NCBI GenBank assembly: GCA_040005235.1
Contig: JBDTZG010000028.1
Coordinates: 1 to 64,000 of the forward strand
Reading direction: 5' to 3'
DNA from: Acidobacteriota bacterium
GTDB lineage: Bacteria > Acidobacteriota > Thermoanaerobaculia > Multivoradales > UBA5704
DNA length: 64,000 nt
Shown in pieces: positions 31,651-41,229 of this stretch. The position numbers were made by a program, and so were the translations under genes. The first letter of the stretch is position 1. Every line of letters starts with the position of its first letter. Below the pieces are notes generated by a model. It had not been told where the DNA came from and did not search any database. It saw only the letters and a program-made list of their open reading frames with translations.

Positions 31651-33792
31651 ATGAGCCCGTTTTCGAAGTCTGGCGCGGTGATCGCCGCTTTTGCGGTGGC
31701 CGCGGTCACGGCCACCCACGCGCAGGCGTCCTCACCCGCTGCCGCTGCCCCCACCCCCTTCGCCGCCCTCTACCAGGCGATCGGGAATCCCAAGATCGAC
31801 GCCTCCATGCCCGCCCCGGCGCGCCTGATGATCGGCCGGGCGGAGATTCGTCCCGCGGCAGGCGCCCAACTCTGGCGGATGGTGGCGAATGGCCGTCCTT
31901 GCGGGGTGATGCTGGACGGTCCGGCGGTTTGGAGCTACCGGGTGGAGGATCGGTTCTCGCAGCCGATCGCCAAGCGGAATGCTCGGCGGGGATCGAAGTT
32001 GGAGGCAAAGGACGAGGACGGCGTGCTGGTGTTGAGCGGGAACCTTCGCGGGGTGGCGATCTGGAGTTGGTCGATCGCTTCGGAGTTGAGCTCGGCGGGG
32101 GCGACGGAGTGGCATGCTGGAGAGTCTCGGAAGCTCCCCGAGTGGGCGACGGATCGGTTGTCGCATCGCCTGTCGGCGAATCCCGCGCGCGACCTTCTTT
32201 TGAGCGACGGCAACGGCGATCCGCGGTATGCCTGGACACTGCTTCATGGCGACAAGGTCGACTACGTGCTCGATTGGGATGCTCGGACGACCGTGGCGAG
32301 CGAATCGTTGTCGCGGGCGGAAACCGAGCCGCTCGCCAGCGAATACCGCGGGCGGTGGAGTGACGTCGAGATCGCAGCCCAGCCGATCGGCCGCTCTTGG
32401 TGGGATGCGCCCGGCGCGCTCGAATGGGTGAGCGTCGCGACCGACCTCGACGTGAAGGAGCAGCCGGGAGACCGGGCGCGAGTGGCGAGCCGGGTGCGGA
32501 TGGAGGCGAAGGCGCCGGGGCTCAAGGTGCTCGCCCTGGCGCTTCTCTCCGAGACGGCGAACAGCGCGGGCTCGCTCCGTCCGGCGACGCTCGAAAAGGT
32601 GACGATCGCCGGCCAGCCGGCCGACTACGTGATGGACCGCAACCACCTGTTGATCGCTCTGCCGCAGCCGGTGGCCAAGGGGGGAACCGTCGAGGTCGAG
32701 ACGGTCTGGTCGGGCGAGTTGCTCGCCCGGCCGAACGGCGATAGCTATTGGCGGGTGGGCGGCATTCCTTGGTACCCCATGCCGGTCGGGGCGGGGAGCG
32801 CGCCGGCTTCGAGCTTTCACGTCGCGCTCGAAGTGCGGAAGCCGTTCGTCCCCTTCGCGCCCGGCAAGACCCTCGAACGGACCGAGACGGCGGAGACGAA
32901 CAAGGTTGTCACCGAGCTGGCGGGGCCGATGTCGATCGCCTACATCGGCGCCGGAAAATACGCGACCGGCACCACGACCGAGGGGGATTTCAAGATCGGG
33001 ATCTCGACCTACGGCGCCCGATTGCCGGGCGAGCTGGAGCACGCGGGCGAGATCGTCCTGGGCTCTCGACGGTGCCTGACCGACCTGTTGGCCGAGCCCT
33101 ATCCGTTCGCCGAGCTGCACGTGCTCGAAGTGAACGAGTGGGGCTGGGGCCAGGCGCCCCCGGGGATGATCTTCATCACCAAAGAGGCTTTCTTGAGCAA
33201 GGCGCGGCTGCGGGCGATGAAGACCCAGCAGGGTCTCGCGCGCGCCATGGTCGCGAACGTCGATGCCCGAATCACCCACGAGGTGGCGCACGGTTGGTTT
33301 CCCCACGTGGCGCAGATCAACGATTCCGAGGACGCCTGGCTGTCGGAGAGCTTCGCGGAGTACGTCTCCTCCGTCTGCGTCAGCCTGCTCGCCTCGGGAG
33401 CGCGCGAGCGCGACGCCGCCTGGCAGTTCCAGCTCACGCAGTGGAAAGAGCTGGTCCGCTCGCTCGGCGATGAGCCCGCGGCGAGCGTCTTCTCCGCGAA
33501 TCGCATCCCCATCGCCTCGGGCGAAGATTTCGCGATGCGCCGGGCACTCCTCTACGGCAAGGGGCCGCTCGTCCTCCACGCCTTGCGGCAAGAGCTGGAA
33601 CGCCAGGCCGGCAACCAGGCCGACGGCGATCGCTTGTTCTTCAACTGGTTGCGCCGCATCCTCCACGACCACCGGTTCGCGATCACCCACACCCAGGACA
33701 TCGTTGCGATTCTCGAAGAGATGACCGGCAAGCCATGGCGCCCGTGGTTCGAGAAATATATTTACAACAGCGACATCCCCAAAATCGACTGA
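31651..33792 (+). CDS. Secreted M1-family (gluzincin) metallopeptidase
   Basis: Signal peptide, HEVAH-x18-E (WLSESFAEY), LYGKGPLVLHAL. Confidence 0.82.
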   Translation: MSPFSKSGAVIAAFAVAAVTATHAQASSPAAAAPTPFAALYQAIGNPKIDASMPAPARLMIGRAEIRPAAGAQLWRMVANGRPCGVMLDGPAVWSYRVEDRFSQPIAKRNARRGSKLEAKDEDGVLVLSGNLRGVAIWSWSIASELSSAGATEWHAGESRKLPEWATDRLSHRLSANPARDLLLSDGNGDPRYAWTLLHGDKVDYVLDWDARTTVASESLSRAETEPLASEYRGRWSDVEIAAQPIGRSWWDAPGALEWVSVATDLDVKEQPGDRARVASRVRMEAKAPGLKVLALALLSETANSAGSLRPATLEKVTIAGQPADYVMDRNHLLIALPQPVAKGGTVEVETVWSGELLARPNGDSYWRVGGIPWYPMPVGAGSAPASSFHVALEVRKPFVPFAPGKTLERTETAETNKVVTELAGPMSIAYIGAGKYATGTTTEGDFKIGISTYGARLPGELEHAGEIVLGSRRCLTDLLAEPYPFAELHVLEVNEWGWGQAPPGMIFITKEAFLSKARLRAMKTQQGLARAMVANVDARITHEVAHGWFPHVAQINDSEDAWLSESFAEYVSSVCVSLLASGARERDAAWQFQLTQWKELVRSLGDEPAASVFSANRIPIASGEDFAMRRALLYGKGPLVLHALRQELERQAGNQADGDRLFFNWLRRILHDHRFAITHTQDIVAILEEMTGKPWRPWFEKYIYNSDIPKID

Positions 33793-33809
33793 GAGGAGAA
33801 TCGAAAGCG

Positions 33810-34295
33810 ATGACCTCGACCCTGCGCACCGGTGCGATTGGCGCCATGCTTGACGAATACGATCGAGCTGCGGCGGAGCTGTACCGCCTGATCGAAAGCC
33901 TTCCGGAAGCGGACTATCTGCGGATTGACCCCAAGGTCACCGACGAAGACGGCCGGTCCGTCCAGACGATCATGTCTCACGTCGTGGGCGCCGGATACAG
34001 CTACGCCTTCTACATCCGCCAAGCGCTCGGGATGGAAGCCGCGCGGCCCGCCCGCCCGCTGTTGTCTCAAACCGAGGTGCTCTCCGGTTTCCAGGCGATG
34101 CTCGCCCACACCGCCCAATCGTTGGAGGGTCGGTGGGAGATGCCCTACGAAGAAATGGAGAGCATCGCGATCCAATCCCGGTGGGGGCCGACCTACAACC
34201 TCGAACAGATGCTGGAGCACGCGATCGTCCACATCCTGCGGCACCGCCGGCAGATCGAGAAGATGGGGTTGGGGGCGGCGGCGCCAAAGGCGTGA
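33810..34295 (+). CDS. DinB family protein
   Basis: SVQTIMSHVV and EHAIVHILRHRRQ; GAGGAG RBS. Confidence 0.82.
   Translation: MTSTLRTGAIGAMLDEYDRAAAELYRLIESLPEADYLRIDPKVTDEDGRSVQTIMSHVVGAGYSYAFYIRQALGMEAARPARPLLSQTEVLSGFQAMLAHTAQSLEGRWEMPYEEMESIAIQSRWGPTYNLEQMLEHAIVHILRHRRQIEKMGLGAAAPKA
34227..34264 (+). repeat. Direct repeat A, copy 1 (dinB 3' region); partner at 35481-35518
   Basis: GTCCACATCCTGCGGCACCGCCGGCAGATCGAGAAGAT; 36/38 identical to the partner. Confidence 0.85.
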
Positions 34296-34332
34296 AGACG
34301 CCTGAGCTTTGCAGGCATCGGGTTCGAATTTC

Positions 34333-35010
34333 ATGTCACCGTCCAACTTCCCTGCCACCGGTTTCGCACTCGTTCCGGAGGTCTTCTCCGCTGCGGAGTG
34401 CGAAACGCTCGCCGCGCTTGCACAGCCCTCGGATGGCGCTTCCCGAGGAACCCGCAGCCTCCTCCAGCAGCCGTGGTGCGCAGCGCTGGCGGAGCGCCTC
34501 CGGGCGCACCCGGTGCTGTCGGCTCTGATCCCGGCTGATCTCGCGGCCGTTCAGTGTACATACTTCGAGAAATCGGCCGCGCGCAATTGGCTGGTTCCGT
34601 TCCACCAAGACTTGAGTATTCCGGTGGCCGAACGGGTCGAGGCTCCAGGGCTTCGGGGCTGGTCTAAGAAGGAGGGTGGCCTGTTCGTTCAGCCGCCTGT
34701 TACGCTTCTGGAGCAGATGCTCGCGGTTCGGCTCCATCTCGATGCGTGCTCGGAGAACGATGGTCCGCTGCGGGTCGTTCCGGGTTCTCACCTGGAGGGT
34801 CGCCTCGAACCGGAAGGGGCTGCGCGCGCACGGGCGCACGGAACGGAAGTCGCGTGTATCGCGGACGCGGGCGCGGCGGTCGTTCTCCGGCCTCTTCTCC
34901 TACACGCATCCTCGAAGGCCACCGGCGAGAGTCGTCGTCGCGTGCTGCATTTCGTCTTTGGCCCCCGCGAGCTGCCGTTTGGCCTCCGTTGGCCGATTTC
35001 CACGCCGTAA
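34333..35010 (+). CDS. Phytanoyl-CoA dioxygenase (PhyH)-family Fe/2OG oxygenase
   Basis: HQD, RLHLD...NDGPLRVVPGSH, LLLHAS, RRVLH. Confidence 0.85.
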   Translation: MSPSNFPATGFALVPEVFSAAECETLAALAQPSDGASRGTRSLLQQPWCAALAERLRAHPVLSALIPADLAAVQCTYFEKSAARNWLVPFHQDLSIPVAERVEAPGLRGWSKKEGGLFVQPPVTLLEQMLAVRLHLDACSENDGPLRVVPGSHLEGRLEPEGAARARAHGTEVACIADAGAAVVLRPLLLHASSKATGESRRRVLHFVFGPRELPFGLRWPISTP

Positions 35011-35085
35011 CGTCGCTCTCGGCGACCGCAGTTGCTGATGGCTCGGCGCGCTGCAAACTCCGGCGCGGATAGCGGCTATTCGGCG
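34999..35085 (+). repeat. Direct repeat B, copy 1; partner at 35529-35615
   Basis: 87 bp; first 42 identical, 80/87 overall by manual alignment. Confidence 0.9.
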
Positions 35086-35088
35086 TTT

Positions 35089-35406
35089 TTACGCGGCTCC
35101 GCGCTCCAAAGCGGGAGAACAGCTAACGTCAACTCTGACTCCGGCGCGAGCGAGCATGTCGACCAGGGAGTCGCTGCTAAAGAGATCGACTCGTCCTCGC
35201 ACCAGGTCGCTGATCCGAGGTTGGGTGACGCCGAACAACTGCGCGGCCTTGATCTGCGTCAGCTTGCGATCCTGCATCAGCTTGCGAATCGTGAACATCA
35301 ACGACGAGCGTAATTCGAGATGCGCCGCTTCCTCCGCTCCGAAGCCTAGATCCAAGAAAACGTTGCCGCTCGAAGGTGTGATTTCACTCATGCGGAGCGG
35401 CTTCAT
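35089..35406 (-). CDS. HigA-like XRE HTH protein (orphan antitoxin-like)
   Basis: SSGNVFLDLG and LTQIKAAQLFGVTQPRISDL; start uncertain (35391-35424). Confidence 0.8.
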   Translation of the reverse strand: MKPLRMSEITPSSGNVFLDLGFGAEEAAHLELRSSLMFTIRKLMQDRKLTQIKAAQLFGVTQPRISDLVRGRVDLFSSDSLVDMLARAGVRVDVSCSPALERGAA

Positions 35407-35480
35407 TGGCAGAGAACTATACAAGCTTCAGTATGCCGCACCAAGCGAGGCGCCACGCGCGCTTCAAAGATAACCGGCAA

Positions 35481-35615
35481 GTCCACATCCTGCGGCACCG
35501 TCGGCAGGTCGAGAAGATAGCCGCTGTCTCCACGCCGTAACGTCGCTCTCGGCGACCGCAGTTGCTGATGCCTCGGCGGGCTGCGAAATCCGGTGCGGAA
35601 AGCGGCTATCCGGCG
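35481..35615 (+). repeat. Direct repeats A' and B' (second copies, adjacent)
   Basis: A' at 35481-35518 and B' at 35529-35615; reads in frame as VHILRHRRQVEKIAAVSTP*, a displaced dinB-like 3' end. Confidence 0.85.
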
Positions 35616-35660
35616 CGTAAAGCCGATTGCGGAGCCCGATTGCCGGATTCGGGAGTTGAA

Positions 35661-35950
35661 CCGCGTGTTTTGCGACGGCAAGCCGCGTTTCGGGACCGCA
35701 TTCGCGGTTCTGGGACCGCAAGCCGCTTCCTGAGACGGATAGCCGCTTCCTGGGACTTCTCGCCGCTTTCTGGGACGGATAGCCGCTTCCTGGGACTTCT
35801 CGCCGCTTCCTGGGACGGATAGCCGCTTCCTGGGACCTCTCTCCGCTTCCTGGGACGGATAGCCGCTTCCTGGGACTTCAAGCCGCTTCCTGGGACGGAT
35901 AGCGACTTCCTGGGACAGATCGCGGAGTTTCGGGACGGCTACGCGCTTTC
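35661..35950. repeat. Tandem array of a 20-bp unit (AGCCGCTTCCTGGGACnnnn) with 40-bp higher-order alternation
   Basis: About 10 well-conserved units at 35721-35920 with degenerate flanking units; unit ends alternate GGAT-A and TTCT-C. Confidence 0.92.
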
Positions 35951-35998
35951 CGCGGCGCGGAGCCGACTGCGGCGACTTTTCTCCGTGATTCCTGACCG

Positions 35999-37789
35999 TT
36001 AACTCGCCACGGCCAATTCTGCAGGCCGGGGGAGCGCGGGAACCATCGTCGGCCGCCGTTCGCCGATCTGCTGGCGCCACATGGCGAAGTAGAGACCTTT
36101 CAAGGCGAGCAGCTCGTCATGGCGGCCCGATTCGACGATCCGGCCGTGTTCCAGGACGTGGATGCGGTCGGCGTGCATGATGGTCGAAAGCCGGTGGGCG
36201 ATCAGGATCGTGATGACCTGGCTCGACGCCACCTCGCGGATCGTGTCGGTGATCTCTTCCTCGGTCAGCGAATCGAGCGACGAGGTCGCCTCGTCGAACA
36301 CCAGCAGGCGCGGTCGGCGGAGAAGAGCGCGAGCGATCGACAGCCGCTGCTTTTCGCCGCCGGAGACTTTGACGCCCCCTTCGCCGATCACCGTGTCGAG
36401 ACCGCGGTCGGCGCGCGCGAGCAGGCTTTCGCAGGCCGCTTTGTGGAGGACTTCCAGGCACTCGTCGTCGGTCGCATCCGGATTCACGAACAGCAGATTC
36501 TCGCGGATCGATCCGGAGAACAGCTGGGTGTCCTGGGTGACGAAGCCGATCTGTACCCGCAGTTCGTCGAGGTCGATCTCTTCGCCCGACTTGCCGTTGT
36601 AGAGGACCCGTCCCCGGCCCGGGGAGTAGAGACCGACCAGCAGCTTGACCAGCGTCGTCTTGCCCGAGCCGGAAGGGCCGACGAATGCAGCGGTCTCTCC
36701 CCGGTGCAGCGAGAACGAGATGTCGGAGAGCGCCGGGGCGGACGCGGTCTGGTGGGTGAAGCCGACGTTTTCGAAGTCGAGAGTGGTGAGCTGGCCCAAA
36801 GGAAGCGGATTCACCGGCTTCGCCTCGATCGGGGTGGCGAGCACGGTCTGGAACATCTCGAGCGACGCTTCCGTCTCGCGGTAGGTGTTGATCACCGTCC
36901 CCAGCTCCTGGAGCGGGCCGAAGATGAAGAAGGAGTAGATGAACAGCGAGAAGAACTGCCCGACCGTGATCTGCTGGGTAAAGATCAGGTAGAGCATCAA
37001 GAACAGGATTGAGGTCCGCATCGCGTTGACCAGCGTCCCCTGGATGAAGCTCAACAGGCGGAGCGATTTAACCTTCTTGAGCTCCAGCTGGAGGATCTTC
37101 GCGGTCGTCGCATTCAGCCGGCCGATCTCTTGCCGCGCGAGGCCCAGGCTTTTGACCAGCTCGATGTTGCGCAGCGATTCGGTGGTCGCCCCGGCGAGCG
37201 CCGTAGTCTCGGCGACGATCACCTTCTGGATCTTCTTGATCCGTTTCGACAGCACCGAACTCAAGATCCCGATCAACGGCACGGTGAGCAGATAGACCGG
37301 CGCGATGATCCAGTGCACGCTCGCGGCGTAGATCATCACGAAGACCACGCCGACTAGCGTCGTGAACAACAGGTTGACCGCGATCGCGATCAGCTTTTCC
37401 ACGTCCGACCGCACCTTCTGGAGACGTCCGAGCGTCTCGCCGCTCCGCTGGTCTTCAAACAGCGAGTAAGGCAGCTCCAGCGAATGGCGGACGCCGTCCG
37501 AATAGAGATCGGCACCGACCCGCTGAGTGACGACGTTGACGAAATAGTCCTGGAAGTTCTTGGCCACGCGCGACACGAACGCCACACCGACCGCCGCGGC
37601 GAGCAGGAGCGACACGCCGCGGAAGAACTGCTCGGTGGTGTACTCGGAGTAACGAGTGGCGTATTCGTCGATGACGTGACGAAAAATCAGGGGATCGAGC
37701 AGAGAGAAGACCTGATTGATCGCCGCCAGCACCAGGGCGAGCACCACCAGACCCCAGTAGCGACGGAGGTAGGAGTAGAGAAGTTTCAT
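35999..37789 (-). CDS. ABC exporter, fused permease/ATPase
   Basis: Six-TM N-half, GPSGSGKT, VSGGEKQR, VFDEATS, IAHRLST. Confidence 0.93.
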   Translation of the reverse strand: MKLLYSYLRRYWGLVVLALVLAAINQVFSLLDPLIFRHVIDEYATRYSEYTTEQFFRGVSLLLAAAVGVAFVSRVAKNFQDYFVNVVTQRVGADLYSDGVRHSLELPYSLFEDQRSGETLGRLQKVRSDVEKLIAIAVNLLFTTLVGVVFVMIYAASVHWIIAPVYLLTVPLIGILSSVLSKRIKKIQKVIVAETTALAGATTESLRNIELVKSLGLARQEIGRLNATTAKILQLELKKVKSLRLLSFIQGTLVNAMRTSILFLMLYLIFTQQITVGQFFSLFIYSFFIFGPLQELGTVINTYRETEASLEMFQTVLATPIEAKPVNPLPLGQLTTLDFENVGFTHQTASAPALSDISFSLHRGETAAFVGPSGSGKTTLVKLLVGLYSPGRGRVLYNGKSGEEIDLDELRVQIGFVTQDTQLFSGSIRENLLFVNPDATDDECLEVLHKAACESLLARADRGLDTVIGEGGVKVSGGEKQRLSIARALLRRPRLLVFDEATSSLDSLTEEEITDTIREVASSQVITILIAHRLSTIMHADRIHVLEHGRIVESGRHDELLALKGLYFAMWRQQIGERRPTMVPALPRPAELAVAS

Positions 37790-37891
37790 AGGCGAACTAT
37801 ATAGGATGTGGGGGCCTTGGGCCGATGCCCGCCGGCCTCAGGTGCTACGTTGGCTCAGGGGGAAGTGCCAGTGCGTGGACGCCGTTCGAGC

Positions 37892-38500
37892 TCAGGCGAG
37901 GTCATTCTCGCCTCCGATCACGAAGAGCTTCAGCTGGGAGGCGATGCGCGCGACAAAGGAGTCGTTGCGGGCGCGCTTGCCGCGCCATTCCGCGCGCGTC
38001 ATCACGGTGGGATGGACCGGCCGGGAGAGGTGAGCCTCCGTAGGTTCGAGGGCGGCAAAGACATCGGCGTATTCTAGGTCGTCGCTCAATACCAGAAGGT
38101 CGAGATCGCTGTGAGCCCGGTCGCTCCCCTTCGCGAGTGAGCCATAGACGAAGGCTGCCGCAATGCGACGGCTGAGCGGTTCGAGGGCGGCGCGGATCGG
38201 CTCGACGATTCCGACGGTCTTTTCGACCAAGCCACGCAGCTCCGGGAAGATCGGCGACTTCGGGTCGGCCTGGTAGTACTTTTGATTTCCCGCGTGGGTG
38301 GCGAGGACGAGGCCGCTCGCTTCGAGTCTTTGGAGCTGACGATGCACGGCGCCGGTGCCGCTGTCGGCGAGGCGAATCAGCTCGGCGCTCTGGAATCGCC
38401 TTTCGGGTTGTCCGAAGAGAAGGCCCAACACCCGCTGTTGAACCGGGGTGAACAGCGCTGCGGCGAGCCCGCTATCGGTGTTTTCTACGACCGTTCCCAT
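37892..38500 (-). CDS. wHTH plus minimal nucleotidyltransferase (MNT antitoxin-like)
   Basis: ALFTPVQQRVLGLLF HTH and AFVYGSLAKG...SDLDLLV. Confidence 0.82.
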   Translation of the reverse strand: MGTVVENTDSGLAAALFTPVQQRVLGLLFGQPERRFQSAELIRLADSGTGAVHRQLQRLEASGLVLATHAGNQKYYQADPKSPIFPELRGLVEKTVGIVEPIRAALEPLSRRIAAAFVYGSLAKGSDRAHSDLDLLVLSDDLEYADVFAALEPTEAHLSRPVHPTVMTRAEWRGKRARNDSFVARIASQLKLFVIGGENDLA

Positions 38501-38529
38501 AATGGGAATGATCCTACCCGAATTGGGAA
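38494..38529. promoter_or_regulatory. Paired palindromic operators overlapping the HTH-MNT start
   Basis: TTCCCATAATGGGAA (perfect, 38494-38508) and TACCCGAATTGGGAA (38515-38529), 21 bp apart. Confidence 0.6.
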
Positions 38530-38639
38530 CGATTGTCGTCCCGCGACTCAACAACCGACACCCGCCCGCTTCCGGCCCCAAGGGGGTTAAGGCCGGGGGG
38601 CGGACGGGTGTCGCACTGCGGAACCTACGTTTCCTGCGG

Positions 38640-39914
38640 TCAGTCCATCTGCTTGCGCAGCACGGTCGGGATGTCGTAGTCGTCGACGTTCGACCAGTTC
38701 GGGCCGAAGCCGCCCGGATCTTCGCCGCGGCCTTGGGCGATCACCTTGCGGTAGAACGGCACGTCCATCTCCGGCTCGGGCTCCGAACGGTCGAAGACCG
38801 GCGCTGCGGCGAGGCTCTGGACCGGCGAAATCGGCGAGAGGTTCTGCGGCGGCACCGCCATCGGCCGGTGGACGCCGAGGACGGGATTGGCCCGGGCGCG
38901 CAGGCCCTCGACCCGGTCGAAGCCGGTCGCGATCACGGTGACCTTCATCGCGTCGTCGAGCGTCGGGTCGATCACCATGCCGGTGATGATGTTGGCGTCC
39001 GGATCGACCGCTTCCTGAATGATCCGGGCCGCTTCGTTCACCTCGTGGAGGGTGAGGTCGTGGCCGCCGGAGATGTTGATCAACACCCCCTTGGCCCCCT
39101 GGATCGAGGTCTCTTCGAGCAGCGGCGACGAGACCGCGCGCTGCGCCGCCTCGATCGCCCGGCTCTCGCCGCGGGCGATGCCGGTGCCCATCAACGCCAT
39201 TCCCATGCCGGTCATGATCGTCCGTACGTCGGCGAAATCGACGTTGATCTCGCCCGGCACCGTGATCAAGTCGCTGATGCCCTGCACCGCCTGGCGCAGC
39301 ACGTCGTCGGCGATCCGGAACGCCTCGGTGAGCGGCGTACCGCGCTCGACGAAGTTGAGCAGGCGCTCGTTCGGAATCGTGATCAGCGTGTCGACCGACG
39401 CGCGCAGCTCTTCCACCCCCCGCTCGGCGAGCTGCATCCGGCGGCGTCCTTCGAAGCCGAAGGGCTTGGTGACGATCGCCACCGTCAGCGCACCGATTTG
39501 CGCCGCGAGCGAGGCGAGGATCGGCACCGCGCCGGTTCCCGTGCCGCCGCCCAGGCCGGCGGTCAGGAACACCATGTCCGCGCCGTCGAGCACTTCCAAA
39601 ATCCGCTCGGAGTCTTCCAGAGCGGACTTCCTGCCCACCTCCGGATCTGCGCCCGCGCCGAGGCCTTTGGTCAACAGGGTGCCGAGCTGGATTTTGGTCC
39701 GTGCCCGGCACTTGGCGAGAGCTTGGAGGTCGGTGTTGGCGGCCACAAATTCGATGCCGCGCAAATTGGCATCGATCATCCGGTTGACCGCGTTACCGCC
39801 CCCGCCACCCACGCCGATGACCTTGATCCGAGCGGGAACGATGTCGAGGCTCTGCATCACGATCGTGTGCTCGAGCTCCTCGTTCGCTGCATCCTGGTCG
39901 TCGAAGAGAATCAT
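38640..39914 (-). CDS. ftsZ: Cell division protein FtsZ
   Basis: [24 protein letters not shown]-terminal DIPTVLRK. Confidence 0.98.
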   Translation of the reverse strand: MILFDDQDAANEELEHTIVMQSLDIVPARIKVIGVGGGGGNAVNRMIDANLRGIEFVAANTDLQALAKCRARTKIQLGTLLTKGLGAGADPEVGRKSALEDSERILEVLDGADMVFLTAGLGGGTGTGAVPILASLAAQIGALTVAIVTKPFGFEGRRRMQLAERGVEELRASVDTLITIPNERLLNFVERGTPLTEAFRIADDVLRQAVQGISDLITVPGEINVDFADVRTIMTGMGMALMGTGIARGESRAIEAAQRAVSSPLLEETSIQGAKGVLINISGGHDLTLHEVNEAARIIQEAVDPDANIITGMVIDPTLDDAMKVTVIATGFDRVEGLRARANPVLGVHRPMAVPPQNLSPISPVQSLAAAPVFDRSEPEPEMDVPFYRKVIAQGRGEDPGGFGPNWSNVDDYDIPTVLRKQMD

Positions 39915-39973
39915 GCGTTACCCCCTTGGTTCGATTTTCCGCTGCGTTTCATTCTTCGATTCCGAGTCAATTC

Positions 39974-41218
39974 CTAGAGCAGATCCGAGAACATGCCGCG
40001 CAGGCTCCCCATCACGCCGCGCACGCTAAAGCCTGCCTTCTTCTTCTGAGCTTTGCCCTGCCGCGATTCTTCCGCCGCGAGGCCGTAGAGCAAGAGTCCC
40101 GAGGCGGTCGACCAGCTCGGGTTGCTGATCACGTCGACCAGGCCGCCGAGCCCGCGCGGCAGGCCGTAGCGGACACCGGCGTCGAACATCTGCTCGGTCA
40201 GTTCGAGCAAACCGTCGAGCTGCGCGCCGCCTCCCGTCAAGACCACGCCGCCGCGCAGGGAGTCCTCCGAGGCGTGGCGCATCAGATCCTCGCGCAGCAG
40301 GCCGAAAAGCTCCTCGGCGCGCGGCTGAAGGATCTCGCACAGCTCGCGGCGCGGCACCACGCGCGAGGAGCCTCCGGCGACCGTGGGGACCGAGATCCCT
40401 TCGTCGTCGGTGACCATGCTCGCCATGCAGCAGCCGTGTTTGGTCTTGATCTTTTCGGCTTCGGCAAACGGCGTGCGCAGCACCATCGCGATGTCGTTGG
40501 TGAAATGGCCCGCGCCGATCGGCGCCACCGCGCTGTATTGGATCTCGCCGTCGGCGAACAGGGCGTATTCGGTGGTGCCGGCGCCCACGTCGATCAACAG
40601 CGAGCCGAGCTCTCGCTCGTCCGGCGTCAGCACCGCCTCGGCGGTCGCGAGCGGCTCGAAGACCATCTCGATCACCTCGATGCCCGCGCGGTTGACGCAG
40701 GTGAGCAAGGTTTTCGAGCGGGTGATGTTGCCGGTCACGAGGTGGACCATCACCTCCAGGCGGCTGCCCAGCATGCCGAGCGGATCGCCAATTCCCCCCT
40801 GCTCGTCGACCAGGAACTCCTGCGGGATGGCGTGCAGGATCTCGCGGTCGGAGGGGAGCGCCGCGGACTTTGCCGCGTCGAGCACGCGTTGGATGTCCGG
40901 CCGCGCGATTTCGCGATCCTTGCGCGCCACGGAGACCATGCCGCGCGAGTTGACGCTCCGGATGTCGGCGCCCGAGATGCCCACGTAGGCGCGCGAGATC
41001 TCCTGGCCGGCCATCACCTCGGCCTCCTCGCTCGCCGCCTTGAGCGCCTCGACGGTCGCCTCGACGTTGACGATGTTGCCCTTGCGCGTGCCGCGATTGG
41101 GCGCAAGGCCCTTGCCCACGACCTCCAGGCCGCCTTTGGCGTCCCTTTGGCCGATGAGCACGCCCACTTTGGACGACCCGATGTCGATCGCTACGAAATA
41201 CGGTTCCGGTTTCGCCAT
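39974..41218 (-). CDS. ftsA: Cell division protein FtsA
   Basis: DIGSSK, DVGAGTT, VLTGGG, C-terminal amphipathic helix. Confidence 0.97.
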   Translation of the reverse strand: MAKPEPYFVAIDIGSSKVGVLIGQRDAKGGLEVVGKGLAPNRGTRKGNIVNVEATVEALKAASEEAEVMAGQEISRAYVGISGADIRSVNSRGMVSVARKDREIARPDIQRVLDAAKSAALPSDREILHAIPQEFLVDEQGGIGDPLGMLGSRLEVMVHLVTGNITRSKTLLTCVNRAGIEVIEMVFEPLATAEAVLTPDERELGSLLIDVGAGTTEYALFADGEIQYSAVAPIGAGHFTNDIAMVLRTPFAEAEKIKTKHGCCMASMVTDDEGISVPTVAGGSSRVVPRRELCEILQPRAEELFGLLREDLMRHASEDSLRGGVVLTGGGAQLDGLLELTEQMFDAGVRYGLPRGLGGLVDVISNPSWSTASGLLLYGLAAEESRQGKAQKKKAGFSVRGVMGSLRGMFSDLL

Positions 41219-41229
41219 AGGCTCGACCC

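Noticed and set aside
34999-35095. Integron attC site (TAAC after a stop codon)
   Set aside because: No proper RYYYAAC/GTTRRRY pair in both copies and no integrase in the window
35661-35950. CRISPR array
   Set aside because: Variable parts are only about 5 nt and recur; no unique spacers and no cas genes
35403-36080. 225-aa repetitive ORF across the tandem array
   Set aside because: Product of a 20-bp non-triplet repeat, overlaps the ABC gene and has no recognisable domain
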